A DNA stretch of 60,640 nucleotides, the filler included. It is 5 parts of 5 records of this genome, joined end to end, with 100 filler letters (N's around TTAATTAATTAA, not from the genome) between each part and the next. Parts side by side here need not be neighbours in the genome. Positions count along the whole stretch, not along the records: positions 40,623 to 60,640 come from SRR31147125_20995; 4 more parts are not named here. The stretch is one strand, 5' to 3'. Position 1 is the stretch's first letter. The number at the start of each line of letters is the position of its first letter. The notes below the pieces were generated by a model. That model did no database searches. It had not been told where the DNA came from and saw only the letters and a list, made by a program, of their open reading frames with translations. Made by a program: the position numbers and the translations under genes. Positions 41,361 through 54,783 of this stretch are shown in pieces.

Positions 41361-42221
41361 TTAGCCTTTTAGCGCTTCAGCACCACCTACAATTTCATTT
41401 AACTCATTTGTAATGGCAGCTTGACGCGCTTTATTGTAATACAATACAAGCTCATTTATCATTTCTTCAGCGTTCTCCGTTGCCGTCTCCATTGCGGTCA
41501 TTTTTGCACCCAATTCGGATGTGGATGACTCGAGCAAACATTTCCAAATCTGAATAGTTAACATCTGTGGAATTAGTTCACCGAGTACCACTCTGGCATT
41601 TGGTTCAAAAACAAAGTTGGCAGGAAAACGCTCTTTATCCGGCACAACCGGCTCTATCGGAAGAAACTGTTCCACCTTCATAATTTGCTGAATAGCGGAT
41701 TTAAATTCCTGATAGATAATATATACACGATCAACTTTATGCGATGTAAAATAACGGATCAAATTAGTAGAAATCGTCTGTGCCTGCGAAAGATCCAAAG
41801 AATCAAATATATCTTCATAATGTTCCAGTATTGGAAAATCCCGGCGTTTAAAATGCTCATAGCCTTTTCTTCCAACTGTAATCAGATATTTTTCTTCCGC
41901 TTCAGAATTATTCCACTCATGGGTTGCCTGACGAATGAGGTTTGTATTAAAACTACCACACAATCCTTTGTCAGCTGTTATCAATACATAACATACTTTA
42001 TCGCCATTACGAGAAGCTAATAGAGGGTGCCGTTTTCGCTTCCCCATCGCAGTCACATGACCTATTACCTGTACAAGCTCGTGAGCATATGGACGCGATT
42101 TCATAAGGTTCTGCTGTACCTTTCGCAGTTTAGCGGCTGCTACCATTTTCATAGCGCTTGTAATCTGCTGCGTACTGCGCACACTTTCTATTCTTCTTTT
42201 TATATGCCTAAGTGTTGCCAT
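41361..42221 (-). CDS. atpG: F1 ATP synthase gamma subunit
   Basis: ITSAMKMVAAAK, DKGLCGSFN, MTAM..AT.NA, YNKARQAAITNEL.EIVGGA. Confidence 0.97.
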   Translation of the reverse strand: MATLRHIKRRIESVRSTQQITSAMKMVAAAKLRKVQQNLMKSRPYAHELVQVIGHVTAMGKRKRHPLLASRNGDKVCYVLITADKGLCGSFNTNLIRQATHEWNNSEAEEKYLITVGRKGYEHFKRRDFPILEHYEDIFDSLDLSQAQTISTNLIRYFTSHKVDRVYIIYQEFKSAIQQIMKVEQFLPIEPVVPDKERFPANFVFEPNARVVLGELIPQMLTIQIWKCLLESSTSELGAKMTAMETATENAEEMINELVLYYNKARQAAITNELNEIVGGAEALKG

Positions 42222-42225
42222 GAGA

Positions 42226-43746
<1,521 letters not shown>

Positions 43747-43941
43747 CTATTACTTCCATGAGGTCAAAAATGAGTATTTTTAAAATAAAAACCTTGCTTT
43801 GCACGACTTTTCGTTATCAGCCAAAACACACTGGCGGAAAACTCTTCATTTCATGCAAATATTCAAACACTATGATTCGAAATATGCTACTGTAATTTGT
43901 TATTTCTGAAATCATAATGAGAAAAGGCAAACATCATCTTT

Positions 43942-44496
43942 TCAGGCAGCCAGGCCATTTGATGTTTTTAAATCTCTTTTCAATATGTTTAATTGATGCG
44001 CCAGGCTGTTATTCATAACTTTACCATCAACTTTGATGATAAGACCTCCTAAAATCTCTTTATCCACTTCCGCGTTTAAAAAGATCTCGGCATCAAGTGA
44101 TTTCTCCAGCACTGTTTGTATTCCTGCAAGTTGCTCTTCACCCAACTGCACGGCTGAAATGATGGTCGCACGAATCCGATTGTTTTTCTTATCATATAAC
44201 GTATCGAATTCAAACACAATTTCCGGATAATATCCTTGCCGTCCCTTGCGGATCAGGAGCAAAAGAAAATTATAAAAGAGGCCTGAAACTTTATCCTTAA
44301 AGAGGCTCTCCACTATCTGTAATTTCTGTTTCTTCTCGATCTCTGGCGAATAAAGATAGGCTCTCAGCCTTTTATTCGATTCGATAATCTCAGAAAATGA
44401 ATGTACTTCTTCAAGTATAGCCTCTAGTGAGCCTCTCTCATTGGCAAGCTCAAAAAGTGCTTTTGCGTATCGTTTAGCTAAGGGATGTGGTCTCAA
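43942..44496 (-). CDS. atpH: F1 ATP synthase delta subunit
   Basis: AKRYAKALFELA...ILGGLIIKVDGKV; operon position. Confidence 0.93.
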   Translation of the reverse strand: MRPHPLAKRYAKALFELANERGSLEAILEEVHSFSEIIESNKRLRAYLYSPEIEKKQKLQIVESLFKDKVSGLFYNFLLLLIRKGRQGYYPEIVFEFDTLYDKKNNRIRATIISAVQLGEEQLAGIQTVLEKSLDAEIFLNAEVDKEILGGLIIKVDGKVMNNSLAHQLNILKRDLKTSNGLAA

Positions 44497-44987
44497 TTCA
44501 AATTACCTAACTTTTTCAAAGAGTCCTGAATGAGTTCTTTATGTTCCTTTTCATCAAGGCTTTTGCCAATCAATTTTGTCGTGGCAGCCATCGAAAGTTC
44601 AACAGACAAATCCCGGATCTCTTCAATTGCCTTGTCACGACTTAATTCAATTTCACGTTTTGCTTTTTGCAAAAGTTGTTCTGCCTCAAAATTGGCTTTT
44701 TTCAGAATATCTTCTTTTAGCCCTTCAGCTGCAAGACGACTTTTGGCCACGAGCTCCTGACCCTCTTTCTTTGCAGAATCAAGTATATCCGATTGACCGG
44801 CCAACGTCTTTTCCGCTTCAATATTGGCCTTTTCTGCCTTGTCAAGAGACTCCTGGATGATTTTTTCTCTCTCATCGAGAGTTTGCAAAATTGGCTTCCA
44901 GGCCACCTTTCGCAAAATTACAAGTAAACTTATAAACGTGACGACAGTCCAAAAAAGAGTGCCGCCCTCAGGTGTCATTAGTTCCAT
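44493..44987 (-). CDS. atpF: Fo subunit b
   Basis: P..GTLFWT...AWKPI...LDERE, coiled coil. Confidence 0.94.
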   Translation of the reverse strand: MELMTPEGGTLFWTVVTFISLLVILRKVAWKPILQTLDEREKIIQESLDKAEKANIEAEKTLAGQSDILDSAKKEGQELVAKSRLAAEGLKEDILKKANFEAEQLLQKAKREIELSRDKAIEEIRDLSVELSMAATTKLIGKSLDEKEHKELIQDSLKKLGNLN

Positions 44988-45017
44988 GTTTTACAACCAG
45001 TTAAGTTGATTAAATTT

Positions 45018-45245
45018 TTATTTGAAACTTAATAAAATACAAATAGCTGCTGACAACAACGCGACACCTTCGATCATAGCGGCTGTAATAATCATTGCAC
45101 CACGAATATCTCCGGCGGCCTCTGGTTGTCTGGCAATACCCTGCATCGCTGCACTTGCTAACTTGCTAATACCATATGCCGCTGAGAAAGTTACACCAGC
45201 TGCGCCAAAACCTGCTGCCAAATATGCAATTGCTGTGGAATCCAT
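45018..45245 (-). CDS. atpE: Fo subunit c (H+-type)
   Basis: ARQPEA loop, conserved Glu in MIEGVAL; lacks the Q...ES/T..Y Na+ signature. Confidence 0.95.
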   Translation of the reverse strand: MDSTAIAYLAAGFGAAGVTFSAAYGISKLASAAMQGIARQPEAAGDIRGAMIITAAMIEGVALLSAAICILLSFK

Positions 45246-45350
45246 TGTTCCTCCTTAATACTAATCTTTCAATTAATTACGACCTACTTACTTCTTTTAC
45301 TATTAATAAATTATACTTTTCACTCTATGTGAAATCTTATAATTCCATAA

Positions 45351-46181
45351 TTAATGCGAATCACTAACAGACTGCCCGATAAAAACCGCTGACAAGATGG
45401 TAAAAACATACGCTTGAATAAGTGCGATCAAAATCTCCAACAAACTCGAGAAAATAATAATTGCAAGAGGAAAGGGTGAAATCAGCCAGTTTTTAAACAT
45501 AAAAATAATACTCATTAGAGAAAGAATCGTTATATGACCGGCAATCATGTTAGCAAACAAACGTATAGCTAATGCAAAGTGCTTGGTAATCATACTCATG
45601 ATTTCCACCGGGGCCATAATAGGGATGATAAACGCAGGCAATCCAGGTGGAACAAAGCTTTTTAGATAACCAATAAAACCGTGTTTGATGATACAAGCAA
45701 GCTGAACAACGACTAACGTTAAAATAGCCAGTGCTGCTGTAACCGCTATATTACCCGTAGCAGTGGAACCTCCGGGTACCAATCCTAATAAATTACATAA
45801 CAGGATAAAAAAGAAGGCTGTCAATAAATATGGGGCATACCTTTTTCCGTCTTTACCTAAATAAGGAATTATTACATCATCCCTCAAATAAAGCACGATC
45901 GCCTCAAGCGCATTCGCCAAACCCTTTGGAACAAGTCGTTTTTTACGAAATGACAAACCAAAAGCCAATATGAGTATGGCAGATACCAACCACATCATAA
46001 GCACATGATTCGTAATCGAAAGATCAATGCCGAAAACGGTTGGTAATTTAATTACGGGGTGGGCTAATATGTGATGCATGATAAAATCAACGCCGCCAGA
46101 ACCATGCTCTGCCGCATGTTCTGCTGCATGTTCTACAGCCTCGTGTCCTTCAATAGCTTTCTCTGCAACTGTTGTAAACAT
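45351..46181 (-). CDS. atpB: Fo subunit a
   Basis: NLLGLVP, ATGNI, ALAIRLFANMIAGH, IQAYVFTILSA. Confidence 0.95.
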   Translation of the reverse strand: MFTTVAEKAIEGHEAVEHAAEHAAEHGSGGVDFIMHHILAHPVIKLPTVFGIDLSITNHVLMMWLVSAILILAFGLSFRKKRLVPKGLANALEAIVLYLRDDVIIPYLGKDGKRYAPYLLTAFFFILLCNLLGLVPGGSTATGNIAVTAALAILTLVVVQLACIIKHGFIGYLKSFVPPGLPAFIIPIMAPVEIMSMITKHFALAIRLFANMIAGHITILSLMSIIFMFKNWLISPFPLAIIIFSSLLEILIALIQAYVFTILSAVFIGQSVSDSH

Positions 46182-46193
46182 ATCTAATCATTT

Positions 46194-46571
46194 TTATTTT
46201 TTGAGTTTTTGATTTACCAAACGAATTTCATGATACTGCAAATACATATAACATAATACAAATGAAACGATAAACCAGGAAACAGGCAATTCCGTACAAC
46301 GTGAAATGACAATTAACGCTGTTATAAACAAGACAAATCGTATCGCCATCCCACCCATAACAACGGAAAAAAAAGTTTTTGTACTTTTGCCAAATCCCCA
46401 TTGGATAGAAGTATATCCAAAGATTATATTTACAAGGCTTAGCAAATAGCCGATGGTCACTGAAATAACGACGGCAGCTCCGCCAAAATGATAAAGTGGG
46501 TATAACACGAAACAAAACGCTACAAGAGTCCAGAGAACAAGCTTGTAAATCGAACCGGTTTTATTTTTCAT
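46194..46571 (-). CDS. atpI: AtpI-like membrane protein
   Basis: Four hydrophobic helices with GM.IRF; position upstream of atpB. Confidence 0.7.
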   Translation of the reverse strand: MKNKTGSIYKLVLWTLVAFCFVLYPLYHFGGAAVVISVTIGYLLSLVNIIFGYTSIQWGFGKSTKTFFSVVMGGMAIRFVLFITALIVISRCTELPVSWFIVSFVLCYMYLQYHEIRLVNQKLKK

Positions 46572-46818
46572 CGCTCTTTTTGTGCTTTACTTTCTTCTCA
46601 TGTGAGGGATATACGGTTCTGTAAACATTCAAAAATCCGGACACAGAACCCAGTGCTAACCCAATCAGAAAAAATAATGGCCTTGTATTTAATTTAGAAT
46701 CAATAAAATAACCTAAAGCCATACCCATAACAACCGCTACGGCTAACTGGAGACCAAGATTTAGATAAGATCCCACATCTTGATTATCTGATGATGTGCG
46801 TTTCGCTCCTGGCTTCAT
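46561..46818 (-). CDS. AtpZ/AtpR-family small membrane protein
   Basis: LG.QLA..V..G..LGYFID.KL.T.P.F...G..LG..SGF. Confidence 0.85.
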   Translation of the reverse strand: MKPGAKRTSSDNQDVGSYLNLGLQLAVAVVMGMALGYFIDSKLNTRPLFFLIGLALGSVSGFLNVYRTVYPSHEKKVKHKKSDEK

Positions 46819-46839
46819 GATAAATATAAAGCTTTTCGA

Positions 46840-47238
46840 TTATTTCCTGTCACTGTTTGACTGGAAATTTGTTTGTGGCTTGTCCTGAAAATTCTTTTGA
46901 TTATCAGACATGATGCTCGTACCTTCAAACAGAGCACCTTCATCTATAACCAATTTTTTTGTCTTGATTTCCCCTCTAAATTCAGATTGACTTTCAAGAA
47001 CCACTTTACTACTCGAAACAACAGTACCTTTGATTTTACCGCCGAGTATTAAATTTTTTACTTTTATCGTGCCTTCAATAGATCCTTCTTTGCCGACAAC
47101 CAGGGTATCAGGTGTTTGGATATCACCTTTGATTTTTCCATCAATCCGTAAACTATGCTCAACTTTGATATTGCCCTCAAGCACTGATCCTTTACCCAGT
47201 ATTGTTGCTAACTCTCCGGTTTTTTCTATCGATTTCAT
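46840..47238 (-). CDS. Bactofilin (polymer-forming cytoskeletal protein)
   Basis: TILGKGSVLEGNI...LRIDG...G.I...L.IDEGALFEG. Confidence 0.93.
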   Translation of the reverse strand: MKSIEKTGELATILGKGSVLEGNIKVEHSLRIDGKIKGDIQTPDTLVVGKEGSIEGTIKVKNLILGGKIKGTVVSSSKVVLESQSEFRGEIKTKKLVIDEGALFEGTSIMSDNQKNFQDKPQTNFQSNSDRK

Positions 47239-47304
47239 CTGATCATTTCCGTTTATTGAAAAGTGTTTCAATTATTCTTTTCCAGTTAACTGACACAAAA
47301 TCAC

Positions 47305-48192
47305 CTATAATCCTGAAAATGCCAGGATATAGTCTTTTGGATCCAGAGATAAACCGTCTTTCCAGATCTCAAAGTGCAAATGAGGTGCCGAGCTATGGCC
47401 AGAGCTTCCCAAAAGCGCGATCGTGTCTCCTTTTCTCACAGAAGCGTTGCGACGAACCATGTTGCGTTGGTTGTGACCATAATAGGTTCGGAATCCATTT
47501 CCATGAGATACGATAACCAAATTGCCCAAATCATAGGTCCATCCCGAGAAAACAACAATTCCGTCTGCCGCCACTTTTACAAAGGCACCACGCTGTGCAG
47601 CAATATCAATACCTCTATGCTCCATGCTGCCATCCATCTTGACCTGCTGAAAATCTGTTGTCAAAACGCCTTCAACTGGCAAAAGTGTTGGAATACTTTT
47701 CTCGTATTCGTGTATACCACTCTTTGAGCGCTGTAAAAATCCCAATTTTTCCTGATTATCCATTTTGTTCGGCTGATATACCTGAAAATTCGACTCATTA
47801 ACTGGTAACATATCAGGAACAATGTCAGGGGCTTCAAGGATGGGTTCTACTGATGAATTACTGGCAACATTCAACTCGCCCAGCCCAAGAGCTGTACGCA
47901 TTTTCGTCTGCGAGTTTTCCAGCTCTTGAAATATCCGGGATAATTCGTGTATTCGCTGATTATTAGCCTCTAGCTGCTTATTTACCGAAACCAGTTCCCG
48001 GTTTTCATGATATACATTTACCAGTAAGACATAACCAACGACACCGAGCAATAAATGAACACCAAGAACAATTGCTATAATCTTTATAAACTTTAACCGA
48101 CGGACCGGAATAGTAAAGGCTTTAGGTTCAGCGTTATCGTCAGAAACTATTAGAACCTGATAAAACTTTCTGTGCATACGCCGTTTTTGCAT
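47305..48192 (-). CDS. M23 family peptidase with N-terminal TM and coiled coil
   Basis: HRGIDIA, GNLVIVSH, YGHN, GSSGHSSAPHLHFE. Confidence 0.93.
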   Translation of the reverse strand: MQKRRMHRKFYQVLIVSDDNAEPKAFTIPVRRLKFIKIIAIVLGVHLLLGVVGYVLLVNVYHENRELVSVNKQLEANNQRIHELSRIFQELENSQTKMRTALGLGELNVASNSSVEPILEAPDIVPDMLPVNESNFQVYQPNKMDNQEKLGFLQRSKSGIHEYEKSIPTLLPVEGVLTTDFQQVKMDGSMEHRGIDIAAQRGAFVKVAADGIVVFSGWTYDLGNLVIVSHGNGFRTYYGHNQRNMVRRNASVRKGDTIALLGSSGHSSAPHLHFEIWKDGLSLDPKDYILAFSGL

Positions 48193-48287
48193 ACAAAAAA
48201 CATCTTTCAAAAATCATATAGACTGCTATTTTTTGAACCAAATAACAGTACTCATAAAATATAGGCAACCTGAATAGGGATTGACAA

Positions 48288-49151
48288 TCACTCGTCACAT
48301 ATGACAGAAATCAATCTCTCCAAATCATCATCATTATAATAGTCAACCTCTACACATCCGCCCTTCTTTTTCACTTTCACTCTAACTTGCGTTGTCAATC
48401 GTAACCGAAGCCTGTTTTCCACATCCTGAATATAATAAGATTTCACATTTTGTGCTTCAGGCTGATTAGCCGGCATCTTGGATTTAGATCGTACTAACTC
48501 CTCAACCTTGCGAACGGAAAGTTGATTCTTTATGATTTTTTTCCAAAGAGCAAGCTGTTCTTCACTTTTTGCAACTGAGAGTAATGCTCGGGCGTGCCCC
48601 ATTGAAAGTTCACCTTCCTGCAAACTCTCCTGTATTCGCCTGGGCAATTTCAGCAATCTCAAAAAATTAGTTACAGTTGATCGCTCCTTTGACACCTTTT
48701 TAGAAACTTCTTCCTGAGTCAATTGACACTCGTCAATCAGTCTCTTGTAACCATTGGCTACATCTATGGGATTCAGGTCTTCCCGATGTATATTCTCGAT
48801 AATTGCCAACTCTAACATCTCTTCGTCAGAATGGACATCAAGAATATAAGCCGGAACCTTCTCGAATCCTAATCCAGTTACAGCTCTTAATCTACGTTCA
48901 CCGGAAATAAGTTGATATCCCTCATTCCAGCGACGCACGGTTATGGGTTGTATAACACCCTTTTCTTCAATTGACTGACTAAGCTCAGCAAGGGCTTCAG
49001 CATTAAATACTTCACGAGGCTGAAAAGGGTTTGGCTCAATCTGGGACACCGAAACAAATTGAATCGAACCTTTGTCATTCCCGGAATGATCTGAAGGGGC
49101 ATCCGGTATAAGTGCCTTTAAACCTCTACCCAGCGCTTTCTTGTTCGCCAT
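48288..49151 (-). CDS. parB: Chromosome partitioning protein ParB
   Basis: [38 protein letters not shown]. Confidence 0.96.
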   Translation of the reverse strand: MANKKALGRGLKALIPDAPSDHSGNDKGSIQFVSVSQIEPNPFQPREVFNAEALAELSQSIEEKGVIQPITVRRWNEGYQLISGERRLRAVTGLGFEKVPAYILDVHSDEEMLELAIIENIHREDLNPIDVANGYKRLIDECQLTQEEVSKKVSKERSTVTNFLRLLKLPRRIQESLQEGELSMGHARALLSVAKSEEQLALWKKIIKNQLSVRKVEELVRSKSKMPANQPEAQNVKSYYIQDVENRLRLRLTTQVRVKVKKKGGCVEVDYYNDDDLERLISVICDE

Positions 49152-49905
49152 TTTTTATTATTTCCTCAGCCAAGCTCATATAATTTTCCGAACCTGCAGA
49201 AACCGCATCATATAGAATAATAGGCTTACCAAAACTTGGCGCTTCAGAAAGCCTCACATTACGATTGATTACTGAATTAAACACACGACCTTCAAAATAC
49301 CGCCTGACATCCTCAGCAACTTGACGAGATAAATTCAAACGCGCATCATACATCGTCAACAATACACCTTCGATTTCAAGATCCTCATTCAGATTCTTTT
49401 GCACCAATCGAATTGTATTTAACAGCTGGCCCAATCCTTCTAATGCATAATATTCACACTGGATAGGAATCAAGACAGAATCAGAAGCGGTTAAAGCATT
49501 AATTGTGAGCAACCCTAATGATGGCGGGCAGTCTATCAATACATAATCATATTTACTACGCGCTTCTTCCAAAGCTCGCTGTAATTTCATTTCACGCGAT
49601 ATCGCAGACACCAACTCCACTTCAGCACCAACCAGATTTATGGACGATGGAAGTAATTTTAAATAAGAGAGCTCTGTATCCAGTACAAGACTGCTTATTT
49701 CATTCTCATTAACAATGACATCATAAACAGTCTGTTTTATCTCTCTCGAATCAAATCCAAGCCCACTGGTACTGTTTGCTTGTGGATCAATATCGATTAA
49801 CAATGTTGAAAACTCCGCTACCGCCAGGCATGCGGATAAATTTACTGACGTTGTCGTCTTCCCAACACCGCCCTTTTGATTTGCTATGGCAATTACCTTG
49901 CCCAT
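49126..49905 (-). CDS. parA: Chromosome partitioning ATPase ParA/Soj
   Basis: [42 protein letters not shown]. Confidence 0.96.
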   Translation of the reverse strand: MGKVIAIANQKGGVGKTTTSVNLSACLAVAEFSTLLIDIDPQANSTSGLGFDSREIKQTVYDVIVNENEISSLVLDTELSYLKLLPSSINLVGAEVELVSAISREMKLQRALEEARSKYDYVLIDCPPSLGLLTINALTASDSVLIPIQCEYYALEGLGQLLNTIRLVQKNLNEDLEIEGVLLTMYDARLNLSRQVAEDVRRYFEGRVFNSVINRNVRLSEAPSFGKPIILYDAVSAGSENYMSLAEEIIKNGEQESAG

Positions 49906-50375
49906 CTATGGGCATCCTCCTCATTTAACCTAAGATGAAAATATAAACTATCTGGTTGTTAAAATCAATGAAAAATTTATCAAGGGACCTTGTTTACTAA
50001 CTTTTTATTCCATGAGACTACTTTTTCCACGCAAAAATAAATAGAATTTATCTTTATATGTCCCTCCAAATCTGCAGAGTTTCTACTTGCAATTTTTTAA
50101 AAATATTCTTTATATTAACAAAAGAATATTTTTAAAAGCTGATTGGAAAATTAAAAATCAATTACATACTAAATTATTAATATAGTATTAATATGACGCC
50201 TCCACACATTAGCTCCAAATACTCTTTTATTCCAGTTTGCAGTGATATTTCTTTACATTACACTCAACTATATTTATCTCTCAAGGTATTACAATCCTCA
50301 CATATACCCCCATAACATTTTACATGCTTTACTAATTTAGCTGTTGAAAAAGAATTACAAATGGGAGGAATACCT

Positions 50376-51281
50376 ATGTCTCTTATCAACAAACTTATTG
50401 TTCTAGTCCTGCCCCTTATACCCAAATCCATAGTCCGGTTTTTTTCTAAACCATATATTGCTGGACCACATTTGGACGATGCGATTAGAATTGTCAAAGA
50501 TCTCAATCAAAAAGGTATGCTCGCAACGATGGATGTGCTTGGTGAAAGCGCGACAAACCCTCAGGATTCTCTTGAAGCTGTTGAAGAATATTACAAGGTT
50601 TTGGAAAAAATTGACTCTGAAAAATTAAATTGCAACATCTCGATTAAACCAACACAATTAGGATTGCTTATAGACAAAAATGCGTGCTATATTAATATTA
50701 AAAATATCATACAAAAAGCTGCCGAATATAACAATTTCGTTCGAATCGACATGGAAGATTCGAGTGTTACGCAAGATACGATAGATCTTTTTCTTAAACT
50801 ACAAGAGGAATTTAATAATGTAGGTATTGTTATCCAGGCTTATATGAGACGAAGCCTTGAGGATATTAAAAATCTCGTCAAAACCGGTACAAATTTTCGT
50901 ATCTGCAAAGGCATTTATATTGAACCACGAAATATTGCCTATAAAGATCCTCGGATTGTAAATAACAACTTTTCCTTGTTAATTGATAAAGCACTCTCGT
51001 CAAATAGCTATGTGGGTATTGCCACCCATGATGAATTCGTCGTATGGGAAAGCTTTAAGCATATCGAAAACCTGAAACTCAAAAAGGAAAATTATGAGTT
51101 TCAAATGTTATTAGGAGTTGATGAGTATTTACGCCAAATTCTCGTCTCAGAAGGTCACCGGTTAAGAGTATATGTACCTTTCGGAAAACACTGGTATGCC
51201 TATTCTGTAAGACGTTTGAAAGAAAACCCAAAAATGGCGTCCTATATTTTAAAAGCACTGTTCAAAAGCAAACACAAATAA
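50376..51281 (+). CDS. Monofunctional proline dehydrogenase
   Basis: YIAG, DVLGE, SIKPTQLG, RIDMED, QAY.RR, CKGIY.E, ATHD, EFQML.G, RVYVPFG..WY.Y..RRL.ENP; GGAGG RBS. Confidence 0.93.
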   Translation: MSLINKLIVLVLPLIPKSIVRFFSKPYIAGPHLDDAIRIVKDLNQKGMLATMDVLGESATNPQDSLEAVEEYYKVLEKIDSEKLNCNISIKPTQLGLLIDKNACYINIKNIIQKAAEYNNFVRIDMEDSSVTQDTIDLFLKLQEEFNNVGIVIQAYMRRSLEDIKNLVKTGTNFRICKGIYIEPRNIAYKDPRIVNNNFSLLIDKALSSNSYVGIATHDEFVVWESFKHIENLKLKKENYEFQMLLGVDEYLRQILVSEGHRLRVYVPFGKHWYAYSVRRLKENPKMASYILKALFKSKHK

Positions 51282-51380
51282 ATGTACGCATTGATCGGGT
51301 CAATTTCATGCAATCGATCTGTTAAAATACACTTTTTTCTCATTTGTACGAGTCTCACACAAATAATGCATCAAAATTAG

Positions 51381-53462
<2,082 letters not shown>

Positions 53463-53575
53463 TTTCTGTTAATATTCTTATTGTCATATTGTTCGGCTTT
53501 TGGCTCCCGAAACAGCAGTTTTTCTTAACTAAAGCCCGGAAGACAATTTGATACAATTAAACGTAGGATTATAAA

Positions 53576-54400
53576 GTGGATAATTCTTTTTATAAAAAAA
53601 CACTCTATCCTGTTGTTCTTATCATGGCCCTTGTTATTTTATCTTCATGCGCCGGAAGCGGCGCCAATAAGGGCAGGTTGAACTTTATATCTGTAGATGA
53701 AGAACTTGCATTAGGAAAAGAGCTCGTTCTCAAAGCACACAACAGCTTTAATATAATTCGAAATCAAAGAATCAACGCATTTTTTAATAAAATTTGTCAG
53801 GAAATTGGTGTGCAATCCGAGTGGAGTGGCTTATCTTATCAGGTGTATCTCATCAACGAACCTGACCTGAACCATTTTTCTCTTCCTGGTGGTGCGATTT
53901 TCCTTTATAGGGGCCTCATCGTAGCAGCAGACTCTGCCAGTGAAATCGCTCTCATAATATCACACGAAATTTCGCACATTGCTGCACGTGATGGTGTCGA
54001 TCGGGTTTCAGCAAAATATGGTTATGCGTTTGCCGCCCAAAGTGTGATGGGTGAAAATCCGGAAATTGCATCGCAATTAATATCTAATCTGACATCTAAA
54101 GGCACCATTCTCGATTATTCGAAGAAGACCGAGTATCTAGCTGATAAAACGGCACTTAAAAATGCCTGGAAAGCCAATTATGATCCCAATAGTATGATAG
54201 ATATATTAACAAAAATCGAAATCCTTGAAGAGCAGGACCCTTCTCTTATAAGACGGTTGTATTTGACCCATCCATCGGCCTCGGACCGCATAAAGCGCAT
54301 TAGTATGCAATTATCACAAATTCCGCGCAAATCTACTTTGCGCAAAGATCTCGCAGAATTCCAGGAAATCAAGGAATTACTGCAGAGAATACCCATGTAA
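53576..54400 (+). CDS. M48 family metalloprotease, probable lipoprotein
   Basis: LSSC lipobox, N.FSLPGG, HEISH, E..AD, THP....RI. Confidence 0.88.
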   Translation: MDNSFYKKTLYPVVLIMALVILSSCAGSGANKGRLNFISVDEELALGKELVLKAHNSFNIIRNQRINAFFNKICQEIGVQSEWSGLSYQVYLINEPDLNHFSLPGGAIFLYRGLIVAADSASEIALIISHEISHIAARDGVDRVSAKYGYAFAAQSVMGENPEIASQLISNLTSKGTILDYSKKTEYLADKTALKNAWKANYDPNSMIDILTKIEILEEQDPSLIRRLYLTHPSASDRIKRISMQLSQIPRKSTLRKDLAEFQEIKELLQRIPM

Positions 54401-54580
54401 AAATATCAGAACAGTTAGGCTGCATTGCATCATTTTATATAGTCTCACATTCTCACAAAACAATCAACTCTTTCAAATACCTTCTTTGCCGTAATTTCTT
54501 TCAATCCAAAATCATTCCATTATATATGTAACTAAAAAAGTGCTTAATCTGGTTGATTGTCACAAAATAGATATAAAATA

Positions 54581-54595
54581 TGGCATGATTTTGGC
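54581..54595 (+). promoter_or_regulatory. Possible sigma-54 promoter upstream of glycogen phosphorylase
   Basis: TGGCATGATTTTGGC, GG-N10-GC; the -12 element is TGGC rather than TTGC. Confidence 0.35.
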
Positions 54596-54783
54596 TTATA
54601 TATACCATATAATGTAATATAGTCACTGGTATGTAAAAGAAATAGTTGATCCTGAATTATAAGTTTTTTAACTTGGCGCTTATATTAATTTTTTCAATAT
54701 ACTGCCTGAAAAAGGCATCAAGATTTACATTATTTTTTTCTACACCATGGTGTGGCTCCTTATAGATTGAAAGGACAATTTCT

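Noticed and set aside
45018-45245. Na+-translocating or N-type ATPase
   Set aside because: The c subunit lacks Na+-binding residues, and the gene order with a separate delta subunit is a standard F-type operon.
49906-50375. AT-rich gap upstream of parA as oriC or parS
   Set aside because: No convincing DnaA-box cluster (TTATCCACA) or parS palindrome found by eye; more likely divergent promoters.
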